64,000 bases of DNA from an uncultured Gemmatimonadales bacterium (GCA_963798085.1 CAWCRS010000007.1:1280001-1344000), one strand, 5' to 3'; shown: positions 50,206 to 61,877, counted from the stretch's first letter. A program made the numbers and translations. The notes: generated by a model not told the origin, from the sequence alone.

Positions 50206-51675
50206 TGGCGGACCCGCGCAGCCTGGCGCAGATCGCGGGCGACGCTTTGCATGGTACGGTGACCGCGCTCGCCAATACGGAAGCGGCACTCGAACGCATC
50301 CGCGCCGCGGAATCCGGCGAGGGCGCGCTGCACGCGTTCCTCGCGCTGGCCAATGACACGGCGTTAGCAGAAGCGCGGGCGCTGGACCGCCGGCTCAGGG
50401 AGGACCCGTCGTCGTCTGCACCCCTTGCCGGTGTCACGGTTGCGCTCAAGGACAACCTGTGCACGCTGGACCTGCCCACCACCTGTGGCTCGCGCATCCT
50501 CGAGGGGTTCCGCTCGCCCTACGAGGCCACGGTGGTGCGCAGGCTGCGCGCGGCCGGCGCGATTGTCATCGGCAAGACCAACCTGGACGAGTTCGCCATG
50601 GGCTCGTCCACCGAGAACTCCGCGTTCGGGCCGACCCGCAACCCGCACGACCTGCGGCGTGTGCCGGGCGGTTCCTCCGGTGGCTCCGCCGCAGCGGTCG
50701 CGGCCGGGCTCGTGCCCGCCGCGCTCGGTTCCGACACCGGCGGCTCGGTACGCCAGCCGGCGGCGCTCTGCGGCGTGGTCGGCATCAAGCCGACGTATGG
50801 CCGCGTCAGCCGCTACGGTCTCGTCGCCTTCGCATCATCGCTCGATCAGGTCGGGCACCTTCGGCGCGCACGGTTCACGATGCTGCACTGCTGCTGGATG
50901 TGATCGCGGGTGAGGACCCGCTGCGACGCAACTTCCGCCGCGCGCCGACGGAGGATTTCGCGAGGCGCAACGCGGCGTGCAGTTGAGGGTCTGCGTGATT
51001 GGTGTGCCCGCCGAGTATTTCGGCAAGGGCCTGGACCCGCGCGTCGCGCACTGTCTGCGGCACGGCGATTGCGCGCGCTGCAGGATGCGGGCGCGCAGCT
51101 GCGCGAGATCTCGCTGCCGCACACGCCCTGGGCGATGCCCGCGTACTACGTGATCGCGCCCGCCGAGGCGCGCAGCAACCTGGCGCGCTACGATGGCGTG
51201 CGCTACGGCCCGCGCGCGCAGCTGGCGCACGCGGCGGCCACGCGCGAGCTGTACGTGCGCACGCGATCGCGCTGGCTTCGGCGCCGAGGTCAAGCGCCGC
51301 ATCATGCTGGGCACGTTCGCGCTCGCAGCCGGCTATCAGGATCGAGTACTACGGCCAGGCACAACGCGTGCGCCGGGCACTGATCGCGCGCGATTTGCGT
51401 GCCGCCTTCGCTGCCGGCGTGGACGCTGATCTTCACACCTACCACGCCGTCGCCGGCGTTCCGGCTCGGCGAGACGAGTCGAGGACCCGTACGCGATGTA
51501 CCTCTCCGACGTGTACACGGTCACCGCCAACCTCGCGGGCGTGCCTGCGGTTTCCGTACCGATTGGCGCAGTCGACGGCCTGCCCGTGGGCGGCCAGATC
51601 ATGGCGCGATCACTGGCGCGAGGACTGTCGATGCTGCGCTGTGGCCGGCGCGCTCGGAACGCGGAGCGCCCGCGC

Positions 51676-51679
<4 letters not shown>
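50205..51679 (+). CDS. gatA: Asp/Glu-tRNA amidotransferase subunit A (multiple indels in the 3' half)
   Basis: [116 protein letters not shown]. Confidence 0.93.
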
Positions 51680-53121
<1,442 letters not shown>

Positions 53122-53132
<11 letters not shown>

Positions 53133-54096
53133 GGCTGCATCGGGGCCGCGCGTTCGATTGCGGCGATCGGGCAGCCGCTGGTCCCAGTGGCCCAGCTCCA
53201 CGGCGGGCAGCGGAAAGAAATCATCGGCCAGGTTCTGCAGGATGCCGGGCAGGCCCGCGCGTTCTCGCGCAATGCCAGCCGTCGCACCTTCTTCGCCAGG
53301 CCCGAGATTGAACTCGCCCGATCGGATCCAGCGCGGCTGGATGGGATTCGCTGCGTCGCAGCAGATAGTCCACTACGAAGTCGAAGGAAAGTGACATGAT
53401 ACGTCCGACACCGTCGCATCCGAAAGATCCCAGCGCGAACTCTGCAGCACCCTGTCGAATGCTGCACGCCAGCGGTCATTGTCCTGCACGCGGATCATGC
53501 CGCGGAAAATCCTGCGGTTCGTTTCGAACGAGAAGATCGTGCCGCTCAGTACGCTGTCGAACAGGTTGTCAGCTTCGGAATGATCGTATTCCATGACCAC
53601 CTCGCGCGCGGCCGCGGAGATACGATTCGCCGAGGTGCACATCCATGCGGTGTTCCCAGTAGCTGTGACCCAGCGCCTTTGTGCTGCTCGTGAGCAGCAG
53701 CTGCCGCGGCACGAAGAAATTGTGCGCGATCGTGTCCGCGGCGAGGTGGCTGAGATAACCGTAGGCTACAGCGCGCAGCCGGTCATTGTCGCGCGTTGTC
53801 GAGGATCTCCTCGCCCACGTGCCAGAAATGGCAGTGCCGGCCCGCCGGGACGTACTTCTTGGCGAAGGAAATGTCGGCGGCCATGGAACCGTACAGGAAG
53901 CTCTGCGGGTGCACGCGGATCAGGTCGGCTGAGCCACGGTGGCAGCAGGATAGAGGCTGTCCAGCAGGCTGCGTCCAAGGAAGATGTGTGTGGCAGGTCC
54001 GAACGCCCACGCGTGCTGCGGCAGCAGGGCCATCAGCAGCAGCGCCGCCACGCCGACACCGAGTACCCGCAGCCACCGCCGGTTGCGTGAGGACAC
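53122..54096 (-). CDS. Zinc-dependent phospholipase C family protein (multiple indels; 3' end approximate)
   Basis: GTG 54096 gives signal peptide ..ALLPQHAWA-FGPATHIFLG; then FLYGSMAADISFAKKY..RHCHFW.VG, HNFFVPRQL..LGHSYWEHRMD, DH..AD.LFD..LS.TIFSF.TNRRIF. Confidence 0.7.
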
Positions 54097-54104
54097 GCCG
54101 GGCC

Positions 54105-54359
54105 TCAGGAGCCTGCGTCCAGCTGCTTCGCCTGGCGCAGCACGGCGCGCAACTCGCGCACGTAGCGCTTCGATGCACGCCGCGCGCGATAGCCGTGCAG
54201 CCCCACACGCTCCAGCGCGCCCGTCAGCTCGTCGTCTTCGTCAGGCCGCAGCAGCAGCGTCACGCCCACGCCTACCAGTGCGCCAATGAAGAACGCGACG
54301 GTGGCGTCCGTCAGACCGGTGCGCGGCTCACGCATCGCGAGCTTCGAACTCGGGCTCAC
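54105..54359 (-). CDS. Small membrane protein, YtxH-like
   Basis: AFFIGALVGVGVTLLLRP resembles the YtxH N-terminal motif; lies downstream of a DUF948-like gene, as in ytxG-ytxH pairs. Confidence 0.55.
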   Translation of the reverse strand: MSPSSKLAMREPRTGLTDATVAFFIGALVGVGVTLLLRPDEDDELTGALERVGLHGYRARRASKRYVRELRAVLRQAKQLDAGS

Positions 54360-54972
54360 TCACGGCTTCCATTGCCGACAGATCATCGTCATCCCCTTCT
54401 CCGGGCTCGCGATCCTCTTCGACTTCGGGTTCCGGCAGGCGCTCCACCCCATCACGAGGTACCCGGGAAGCCAGTGGCCGGCGACGACGGCTGCCACGCG
54501 CCGCGCGCAGCGATTCCGCCGTTGCGTGAATGCCGCGCGCCGTGGCCGCCGTGTCCAGCAGGATCTCTTCGGCTTCCGCCTTCACCACATCGAGCACCGC
54601 GCCAAATTCACGCACACGCGTTTCCGCCGCTTCCGTGCCTTCCCGTAATGCCTTGTTCAGATGCTCCACTGTCTTCATCAGATCCTTCGCACGATGGCGC
54701 ACCTCATCCGTCACGCCACGCGCGTCTTCCGTGATACGCGTCAGGTTCGCGACCAGCGGCTCGGTGTGCGGGCCCAGCCGCTCCAGCTGCCTGTCGATCC
54801 GGCCCACGACCCGGTTCATCGAGCGAATCAGGAACAGCGCCGCTACCGTGAGCCCCAACGCCATGATGCCGAGCAGCAGCATGACCCAGGAGGTGATCGT
54901 CTGCGCCGTTGCGATACGGCCCAGCACTGCCACCACCGCGTCCGGCTGCTGCATGCTCAGCGGCAATCCCAT
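54328..54972 (-). CDS. DUF948/YoxC-like membrane-anchored coiled-coil protein
   Basis: ATG 54972; one TM helix (VMLLLGIMALGLTVAALFLI) followed by a long heptad-like helical region and an acidic tail. Confidence 0.6.
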   Translation of the reverse strand: MGLPLSMQQPDAVVAVLGRIATAQTITSWVMLLLGIMALGLTVAALFLIRSMNRVVGRIDRQLERLGPHTEPLVANLTRITEDARGVTDEVRHRAKDLMKTVEHLNKALREGTEAAETRVREFGAVLDVVKAEAEEILLDTAATARGIHATAESLRAARGSRRRRPLASRVPRDGVERLPEPEVEEDREPGEGDDDDLSAMEAVSEPEFEARDA

Positions 54973-54985
54973 TCCACCCGGTCCT

Positions 54986-55597
54986 TCAGGAGAAAAGATC
55001 CAGCCACAGCGTGCGCGGACCCAGCTTCGGAATACGTCGCGGCCAGCGCCGCTCCGCGCGCTTGCGACGCAAACGCTCGCGAACCGCCTGCCTCGCCAGC
55101 TCGGGCAGACTCGCCAGCGCATCGTCCAGCGTACACTGCTGCACCGTCCAGGCGTGCAACGAACGGTCCAGCGCATCCAGGCCACCGGCCATTTCCGTCA
55201 GCACGCGCACATCATCGGGGAGCGTGCAGCCGCCGGCCAGCGCCTGCACCTGCGATGCGAACAGGTCGCCCAGCGGCAGCAGCGGCTCGACCGGCGTCCA
55301 GCGCGCCAGCAGCAGCGTGGTGCGATTCGCCGGGTGCGCCAGCAGCCAGTCGTGCTGCTTCGCCTGCAGCCTGGCTTTCGCCCTGCGCATCTCCTCGTCG
55401 TCGTCCGCCGCCGCCGGCGCCGGGTGCACGGTGCCGGCGGGCAGCGCAGCCACAGCCCACGCGGTCGCCAGCACACCTTCCGGCGAGGTCGCATCCAGCA
55501 CGAGCAGCCCCGCACAACCTGCGTCTTCCACCGCCTGGCGGATCACGCCGCCAATGACATTCCCCAACCGCTCACGCCGTTGGTGCGCGTTCGTCAC
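54986..55597 (-). CDS. Degenerate NAD+ synthetase (NadE)-like protein lacking the SGGxDS P-loop
   Basis: NadE-like remnants: IRQAV..AG..GLLV, RR..AR, HPANRTTLLL (cf. GT.NKTELLLG), LLPLGDLFASQV (cf. NP.GDLYKTQV), DALDR.L, C-terminal RR.P.IPKLG.RT...D. The start overlaps the nitrilase stop. Confidence 0.6.
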   Translation of the reverse strand: MTNAHQRRERLGNVIGGVIRQAVEDAGCAGLLVLDATSPEGVLATAWAVAALPAGTVHPAPAAADDDEEMRRAKARLQAKQHDWLLAHPANRTTLLLARWTPVEPLLPLGDLFASQVQALAGGCTLPDDVRVLTEMAGGLDALDRSLHAWTVQQCTLDDALASLPELARQAVRERLRRKRAERRWPRRIPKLGPRTLWLDLFS

Positions 55598-56443
55598 TGC
55601 GAGAGCGCCTGCAGAAGCCTGGCCGTCAGCCGCGGATCATCATCGCGAGCGTGCGAGTACGGCGAGCGTGCGCGACGCAACGCATCCACGCTCAACTCCG
55701 CCGCGATCACGGTCTCGGCATCGCCCGCCTGCGCCACGACACTCCCATCCGGCGCGACGATCAGCGAGCCACCCGCGAAAGTCACCCCGCCTTCGACACC
55801 CGTGCGATTCGCCAGCGCCACCCAAATGCCATACAGCTCCGCGGTCGCCTGCGCGATTCGTTGCCATGAGACTGTGGACGCGAAGCGGCTGGCGTCTTCG
55901 CCGCCCTGCCAGACGCCGCGGCCGGGCGCCGCGGCCGCAACCAGCAGCACGTGGATGCCGGCGCTGGCCAGCACGTACGCAAGGCCGGGGTGCCAGAAAT
56001 CCTCGCACACCAGCATGCCAATGCGCCACGCGCGGTACGACCACGGTTCGAGCGCACTGCCTCGACCCCAGAAGCGACCCTCATCGAACATGCCGTATGT
56101 CGGAAGATACAGCTTCCGGTGCCTCGCCTGCACCTCGCCACCCACCAGTGCCACCAGCGCGTTGTACACCACGCTGCGCTCGTCACGCTCGGCCAGGCCC
56201 ACAACCAACGCGGGCGAGGTCGTGTCGAACGCACGGGTCAGCGTGAGCGGGATGTCCCGGATGCACCGGGCACGACAGGTGCATCGCATCATCGCCAAGG
56301 TCGTAGCCGGTCACGGACAGCTCGGGCGTGAGCACGACATGCGCCCCGCTGTTCCGGCTCTGTGCGACGATGCGCTCGATGTTCGCGGCGGGCTCCGCGA
56401 AGCGGGGCGCGAACTGGAAGATCTCGAGGCGAAGCGGTTCCAT
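55594..56443 (-). CDS. Nitrilase / carbon-nitrogen hydrolase, like the glutaminase domain of Gln-dependent NAD synthetase (indel near 56250)
   Basis: Q..PR....[11 protein letters not shown] (Glu), [21 protein letters not shown] (Lys), [11 protein letters not shown] (Cys), [15 protein letters not shown]....PDG. Confidence 0.88.
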
Positions 56444-56639
56444 GAACCCGGAGTCGAATGAGGCAATGGCTGCCAGCGCGACGACCGTAATCCGGAAGCC
56501 GCGTGCCGCTAGTGACAGCGACAGACTGCGGACCCGCCACCTTGCGGGTCAAGCGCACGGTTTGACGTCGGCCGCGCCGCCGGGGTACCTTCCCGCAACA
56601 CGCGCGTTCTCCATCGCCGAAGCGGACCCGCACAGCGAC

Positions 56640-57917
56640 ATGCCTGCCTACATCGTGGAGGGCGGTCAGCCCATCTCCGGCACGGTGCGGCCCGCGGGCA
56701 ACAAGAACGCGGCCCTGCCCGCACTCGCCGCCGCACTGCTCACCAGAGACGACGTTCTTCTGGAAAACGTGCCCCACATCGGCGACGTTCGCACCATGCT
56801 GGAACTGCTGCGGCACCTGGGCGCGGATGTCGAGTGGGTCGCGCACAACAGTGTACGCATCCGCGCCGAGAACGTGTACAGCCCGACGCTCGAGAGTGCG
56901 CTGGCCGCGCGCATCCGCGCGTCCATCCTGCTGGCGGGTCCATTGCTCGCACGGGCCGGCCGCGTCCAGCTGCCGCCGCCGGGGGGCGACGTCATTGGAC
57001 GGCGTCGCCTGGACACCCACCTGCTGGCGCTGCAGCGCCTGGGCGCAACCATCGAGCAGGGTCCGCCGTTGCTCATGCGCGCCGATCGCCTGCAGGGCGC
57101 CGATATCTTTCTCGATGAGCCCAGCGTTACGGGCACGGAGAACGCCATCATGGCCGCCGTGCTCGCGCGCGGTACCTCCCGCCTGCGCAACGCCGCCGCC
57201 GAGCCGCACGTGCAGGACCTGTGTCTGCTGCTGAGCCGCATGGGTGCGCGCATCGATGGTGTGGGCACACACGTGCTCGAGATCGAAGGCGTCGACGAGC
57301 TGCACGGCGTCACACACAGCCTGGACAGCGATCATATCGAGGTCGGGTCCTTCATCGCGCTGGCCGCGGTGACGCATGGCGAGCTGACCATCGAGGATGC
57401 CGCCGTGTCGCATCTCGATTCCACACTGCTCGGCTTCGAACGGCTGGGCATCACCTGCGAAGTGCGCGGTCCGGACCTCTACGTCCCCGCCGACCAGTCG
57501 CTCTGCGTGCGTACCGACGCGGGTGGACACATTCCCAAGATCGACGACGGGCCCTGGCCCGCGTTCCCGGCAGACCTCACCTCCATTGCCCTCATTGTGG
57601 CAACACAGTGCCGCGGCACCGTGCTCATTTTCGAGAAGATGTTCGAGTCGCGCATGTTCTTCGCCGACAAGGTCATCTCGATGGGCGCGCAGATCGTGCT
57701 CTGCGATCCCCATCGCGCCGTCGTGGTGGGTCCGTCGCGCCTCAAAGGGGGTATCGTGGAGAGTCCGGACATTCGCGCGGGCATGGCGCTGCTCATTGCC
57801 GCGCTCTGCGCGGACGGACAGAGCCGCATTCACAACATCGGCCAGATCGAGCGCGGCTACGAACGCATCGACGATCGTCTGCGCGCACTGGGCGCGCGTA
57901 TCGAGCGCACGGACTGA
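56640..57917 (+). CDS. murA: UDP-N-acetylglucosamine 1-carboxyvinyltransferase (Asp-type active-site loop)
   Basis: [94 protein letters not shown]. Confidence 0.95.
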   Translation: MPAYIVEGGQPISGTVRPAGNKNAALPALAAALLTRDDVLLENVPHIGDVRTMLELLRHLGADVEWVAHNSVRIRAENVYSPTLESALAARIRASILLAGPLLARAGRVQLPPPGGDVIGRRRLDTHLLALQRLGATIEQGPPLLMRADRLQGADIFLDEPSVTGTENAIMAAVLARGTSRLRNAAAEPHVQDLCLLLSRMGARIDGVGTHVLEIEGVDELHGVTHSLDSDHIEVGSFIALAAVTHGELTIEDAAVSHLDSTLLGFERLGITCEVRGPDLYVPADQSLCVRTDAGGHIPKIDDGPWPAFPADLTSIALIVATQCRGTVLIFEKMFESRMFFADKVISMGAQIVLCDPHRAVVVGPSRLKGGIVESPDIRAGMALLIAALCADGQSRIHNIGQIERGYERIDDRLRALGARIERTD

Positions 57918-57932
57918 TCCATCGGAGACTGC

Positions 57933-58400
57933 ATGAACGACGAGAAGCGCAGGAGCGAGCCGGGCGACACGATGCGCGATGGCGTGCGCTCCATTCTCGG
58001 CGTTCTGGGCGCGCTGAAGGATGCGGTCGAAGAAACATTCGACGATCTGACGCGCACGCCCGAGCCCGCCAGCGAAGAGCAGCAGCATGCGCGCGATGAT
58101 GCGCGCGACACGTTGCGCCGGGCGCAGGAAACCGTGCAGGAGAAGATGGACGAGATGCGCGGCCGGCTCGATTTCGTCACTCGCCGCGAATTCGATGCGC
58201 TGGAAGAGAAAATTGCGGCGCTGAGCACGCGGCTCGATGCGTTGGAGAAGAACGGCGCCGCAGTGAACGCGGCCGCGCCGTCGCCCGACGATGCGACGGA
58301 ATCCGGCCCGCGCGACGACGGCGCCGCCCCCGCGCCGGACCAGAACGAGGATCAGCCCGGGCAGGCCGGCCCGACGAAGTTCCGCTTCGAGGTCGAGTGA
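57933..58400 (+). CDS. Hypothetical coiled-coil protein (UbiK/BMFP- or phasin-like motif)
   Basis: LDFVTRREFDALEEKIAAL..RL..LE resembles the BMFP/UbiK LDLVTREEFD motif; acidic tail. Confidence 0.6.
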   Translation: MNDEKRRSEPGDTMRDGVRSILGVLGALKDAVEETFDDLTRTPEPASEEQQHARDDARDTLRRAQETVQEKMDEMRGRLDFVTRREFDALEEKIAALSTRLDALEKNGAAVNAAAPSPDDATESGPRDDGAAPAPDQNEDQPGQAGPTKFRFEVE

Positions 58401-59194
58401 ATCCAGCCGTCACGCAGCGCACTTCAGACGCACTGCGCCAGGTTACCGAGACTGACGCTCCCACCGAAACGCCTCTGCTGGTTCATCCGGAATGGCAGCA
58501 CAGCATGCCCTGGCTGGCGCAGGGAATCACCTGGCGGGGCACCGGCGAACCCTGGGATATGGGTCTCTTCGGCGCGGTTCCCGTCGGCCATGCCAACAAC
58601 CGCTGGCGGAAGTTGCGCACGGATCTCGGATTTCCCGGCGTCGTCCACGCCCGGCAGGTGCACGGCACGCGCGTTCACGCGCACGCGAACGTGCCACCCG
58701 GCCTGCTGATCATGGAAGGCGACGATGCGCATGCCACGGCCTGCCCGGGAATCCTGCTCACCGTCTCCGTCGCCGACTGCATTCCGGTTTCGCTCGTCGA
58801 TCCTGAGCGCCGTGTCATCGCGTTGCTGCACGCCGGGTGGCGTGGTGTCGCCGGCGGCATGATCGAAAGCGGGATCGCCGCGCTGCAGGCCATGGGATCC
58901 GCGCCCGCCGCGCTGAAGCTGCACCTGGGTCCCGCCATCTGTGGGCTTTGCTACGAAGTGGGACCCGAGGTCCATGCACAGCTGGGCCTGCCCGTACCAC
59001 CCGCTCCGGAGCCTGTCGACATTCGCGCCGTGGCAGCCGCACGCGCGCGGCACGCAGGCCTGCCGTCGGCCGCGATAACCGTCTCGGCGCTCTGTCCGCG
59101 CTGCGCACCGGAACGCTTCTTCTCGCACCGCGCCGGATCCGCCGGCCGGCAGATCGGCGTGCTCGGCATACGCACCGACCCCGGCCATGGCTGA
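58397..59194 (+). CDS. pgeF: YfiH/PgeF-family polyphenol-oxidase-like / purine nucleoside phosphorylase
   Basis: RQVHGT.V, DA..T..PG.LL.V.VADC.PV.L.D, LHAGWRG, LGPAICG.CYEVG, FFSHR.....GRQ.G. Confidence 0.9.
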   Translation: MNPAVTQRTSDALRQVTETDAPTETPLLVHPEWQHSMPWLAQGITWRGTGEPWDMGLFGAVPVGHANNRWRKLRTDLGFPGVVHARQVHGTRVHAHANVPPGLLIMEGDDAHATACPGILLTVSVADCIPVSLVDPERRVIALLHAGWRGVAGGMIESGIAALQAMGSAPAALKLHLGPAICGLCYEVGPEVHAQLGLPVPPAPEPVDIRAVAAARARHAGLPSAAITVSALCPRCAPERFFSHRAGSAGRQIGVLGIRTDPGHG

Positions 59195-59420
59195 ACGATC
59201 GGGCCCGTCTCCCGGGCTCTGCGCCACCTGCCGCTACAGCCGCCGCATCGTGAGCGGAAAAGGCTCCACGTTCCTGCTCTGCGAGCGATCGCGCACGGAC
59301 GCGTCCTTCCCGCGCTATCCCGGTTTGCCGGTGCTGCACTGCCGAGGGTACGTCCGTGTCCCGGAAACGGTCCCAGATCACGCCACCGATCCCGTCATTC
59401 GCAGCCGTGAGGAAACGTGA
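59187..59420 (+). CDS. Small Cys-rich hypothetical protein (77 aa)
   Basis: GLCATC....I...GSTF.LC..S..D..FPRYP.LPV..C.GY: four Cys (CxxC..C..C). Start and stop overlap the neighbours. Confidence 0.68.
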   Translation: MAERSGPSPGLCATCRYSRRIVSGKGSTFLLCERSRTDASFPRYPGLPVLHCRGYVRVPETVPDHATDPVIRSREET

Positions 59421-59691
59421 GCGCCCCGTTCCACATTGCCCGCTCGGCCGTGCGCGGGATCAGGCTGGAACCGGCCGAATTTCGGCTGCAGTGGAGGGCA
59501 CTAACGACGTGCTCGATGGTATCACCCGGCAAGTCCGGATCCACGCACACTATACACTGCGTATCCCGGCCGGAACCCGCGAGGCTGCGGACCGGGCGCT
59601 GGCAAGGCACCGAGATCGCTGCCCGACAGCGCAGAGTCTCATGGGAAGCGTAGCCGTGGAATGGTCCGCCAATGTGAGCGAGAGCGTCTAA
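59417..59691 (+). pseudogene. OsmC-family protein remnant (C-terminal half, frameshift near 59480)
   Basis: Repaired translation MSAPFHIARSAVRGIRLEPAEISAAVEG..RIHAHYTLRIP....AADRALARH...CPTAQSL.G.V.V. Only the second OsmC Cys (CP..SL) is present. Confidence 0.55.
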
Positions 59692-59705
59692 CAGCGGCCT
59701 CGAAA

Positions 59706-59725
59706 CGAGCCGGGAAACCGGCTCG
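59706..59725 (+). terminator. Hairpin after the OsmC remnant
   Basis: CGAGCCGG-GAAA-CCGGCTCG: perfect 8-bp stem, GNRA loop. Confidence 0.45.
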
Positions 59726-59730
59726 GCGGG

Positions 59731-59759
59731 TTGCGCGGTAATGCGCTGTTCGCTAATAT
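59731..59759 (+). promoter_or_regulatory. Candidate sigma70 promoter of the rimP-nusA-infB operon
   Basis: TTGCGC (59731-59736), 17 bp, TAATAT (59754-59759). Confidence 0.55.
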
Positions 59760-59796
59760 CGAAGGCAGCAAATTTCGGCCGGCGGGCTGGCCGCGG

Positions 59797-59826
59797 AAGT
59801 GGGGGATGGACCCCCACTTTTTTATT
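59797..59826 (+). promoter_or_regulatory. rimP leader (terminator-like attenuator)
   Basis: AAGTGGGGG-ATGGA-CCCCCACTT followed by TTTTATT just upstream of rimP, matching the widely conserved rimP-leader hairpin. Confidence 0.75.
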
Positions 59827-59885
59827 GGCGGCTCCTCAACCGGATGCGGACGCGAAGCCGCGCGCCGGGAAGCGAGTCGCTGGTG

Positions 59886-60380
59886 ATGGTGATGGGGGAC
59901 GACGGCGAGTTGGAAAGACAGCTCGAAGAACGCGTGGCCGGACTCGGCTACGAGTTCGTCGAGCTGGAACGCGCGGGCTCGAAGTCAAGGCCGATCCTGC
60001 GGGTGCGCATCGACCGCCCCGGATCGGCGCCCGGGAAGGGTGTCTCGCTCGACGACTGCGCACGTGTGAGTCGCGAGCTGGAATCCTTCCTCGACACCCA
60101 CGACGCGGTGGGTGAGCGGTACGTGCTCGAGGTCTCCTCGCCCGGCGTGGAGCGGCCCCTCGTGCGACGCGCCGACTTCGAGCGCTACGCGGGTCGCGAA
60201 ATCGCCGTCGTTGGCAAGGTACCGCTGGCGGAGCGAAACCGCCGACTGGAGGGCGAACTGGTCGGCATCTCCGGCGAAGGCGCCGCAGAACAGATCTCGC
60301 TCCGCCTGGGCAATGGTGACGTGGTGGCGATTCCTCGCGCGGACATTACGCGCGCACACCTCGTCTTCCACTGGCCCTGA
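59886..60380 (+). CDS. rimP: Ribosome maturation factor RimP
   Basis: LGYEFVELE.....P.LRV.ID......GVSLDDC..VSRE....LD......Y.LEVSSPG.ERPL....F.R..G. Start uncertain (59886 or 59892). Confidence 0.93.
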   Translation: MVMGDDGELERQLEERVAGLGYEFVELERAGSKSRPILRVRIDRPGSAPGKGVSLDDCARVSRELESFLDTHDAVGERYVLEVSSPGVERPLVRRADFERYAGREIAVVGKVPLAERNRRLEGELVGISGEGAAEQISLRLGNGDVVAIPRADITRAHLVFHWP

Positions 60381-60421
60381 GTCCGCTGGCCCGGCGGACC
60401 CGGGACCGTGGTGGACACAAC

Positions 60422-61876
60422 ATGGGGATTGCGATGCAGGTGCTGGCAGCGTTTCGCGAAATGATCGCGAACAAGAACCTGTCCCGGGCGGACCTGCATG
60501 ATCTCATCAAGGATGGGATCATGGCGGCGCTCGCCCGTCGCTACGGCCCCACGGTCGAGGCGGAGGTCGTGATCGATGAGGAAGCGGGCGACATCAGGAT
60601 TACCGTGCTGAAGGAAGTCGTCGCCGAAGTCGAGGATGCGGCACGCCAGGTTTCTCTCGAAGAGGCACAGTGGGACGATCCCGATTTCGAAGTGGGTGAT
60701 GTGCTCGAGATTCCCGTCGACTTCGCACAGTTCGGACGCAACGCGGTGATGGCTGCCAAGCAGCGCATTATCCAGCGCGTCCGCGAAGGCGAGCGCAACA
60801 AGATCCGCGACGAGTTCGCCGGCAAGGTGGGTGATCTGCTGAGCGGCGAAGTGCAGCAGATCGAGCGCGGCAAGATCGTCGTCATGCTGAACAAGGCCAG
60901 AGAGGCGGAAGCCATCATCCCGTGGAAGGAGCAGAATCCACGCGAACGGTTCCGCCAGGGCGAGTCCATTCGCGCCGTGCTCAAGAAAGTGGAAGAGACA
61001 CCCAAGGGTCCACGTCTCATCCTGTCGCGCGCGGATCCGCTTTTCGTCGAGGCGCTGTTCAAGCTCGAGGTGCCCGAGATCTACCAGGGCATTGTCGAAG
61101 TGAAGGGCATTGCGCGGGAAGTGGGTGGCCGCACCAAGTGCGCGGTGTATTCACGCGATGATTCCATCGACCCGGTGGGCGCGTGCGTGGGCCTCAAGGG
61201 CGCACGCGTGCAGGCCGTGGTCAGTGAGCTGGGCGGCGAGCGCATCGACATCGTGCCCTGGCACCCGGACCCCGAGATCTTCGCGCGGCGCGCACTCGCG
61301 CCCGCCAAGGTCGCCAAGGTGCTGAGCGATTCGGGGCGGCGCGTCATCACCGCCATTGTCGACGAGGATCAGCTGTCTCTCGCCATCGGCAGGAACGGAC
61401 AGAACGTACGCCTGGCCAGTCAGCTCATTGGCTGGCAGATCGATCTGTACGGCAGCCGCGAGTGGCTCGAGCGCGGCGCGGACGCGGCGCTGTTCGGCGG
61501 CGCGGAGCCCGAATACGAAGTCGCGGATTTCCCGCTGCGCGAACTGGATCTGCCGCTGGGTACACTGGCGGCTCTGGAAACCGCTGGATATACTAGTTTT
61601 TTGGACATCATCGATCTTGAGAAAGAGGATCTGCTGCGCGTGCCCGGCCTGTCCGGCGAGCAGGCCGAGCAGGTGCTCCGGCTCATCGAGTCGCTGACGG
61701 TCGAAGAGGGCACCAGCGAAGAAGCCGCCACAGGTCCCAGCGCGGCCGACATGGCGGAAGCCCGCGAACTCGCAGCGGACATCCTCGCATTGAAGCCCGG
61801 CGATGATGCCATGAAGGACAGGCGACCACCGAACGGCGACGGACAGGCCGGAGCCGGGTCGGGGACGTCTTCATAA
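60422..61876 (+). CDS. nusA: Transcription termination/antitermination factor NusA
   Basis: FGRNAVMAAKQ.I.QR.RE.ER, LSR.DP.FV..LF.LEVPEI, ARE.G.RTK.AV, IDPVGACVG.KG.RV..V..EL.GE.IDI, LSLAIG.NGQNVRLA..L.GW.ID; C-terminal HhH-like and acidic extension. Confidence 0.97.
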   Translation: MGIAMQVLAAFREMIANKNLSRADLHDLIKDGIMAALARRYGPTVEAEVVIDEEAGDIRITVLKEVVAEVEDAARQVSLEEAQWDDPDFEVGDVLEIPVDFAQFGRNAVMAAKQRIIQRVREGERNKIRDEFAGKVGDLLSGEVQQIERGKIVVMLNKAREAEAIIPWKEQNPRERFRQGESIRAVLKKVEETPKGPRLILSRADPLFVEALFKLEVPEIYQGIVEVKGIAREVGGRTKCAVYSRDDSIDPVGACVGLKGARVQAVVSELGGERIDIVPWHPDPEIFARRALAPAKVAKVLSDSGRRVITAIVDEDQLSLAIGRNGQNVRLASQLIGWQIDLYGSREWLERGADAALFGGAEPEYEVADFPLRELDLPLGTLAALETAGYTSFLDIIDLEKEDLLRVPGLSGEQAEQVLRLIESLTVEEGTSEEAATGPSAADMAEARELAADILALKPGDDAMKDRRPPNGDGQAGAGSGTSS

Positions 61877-61877
61877 C

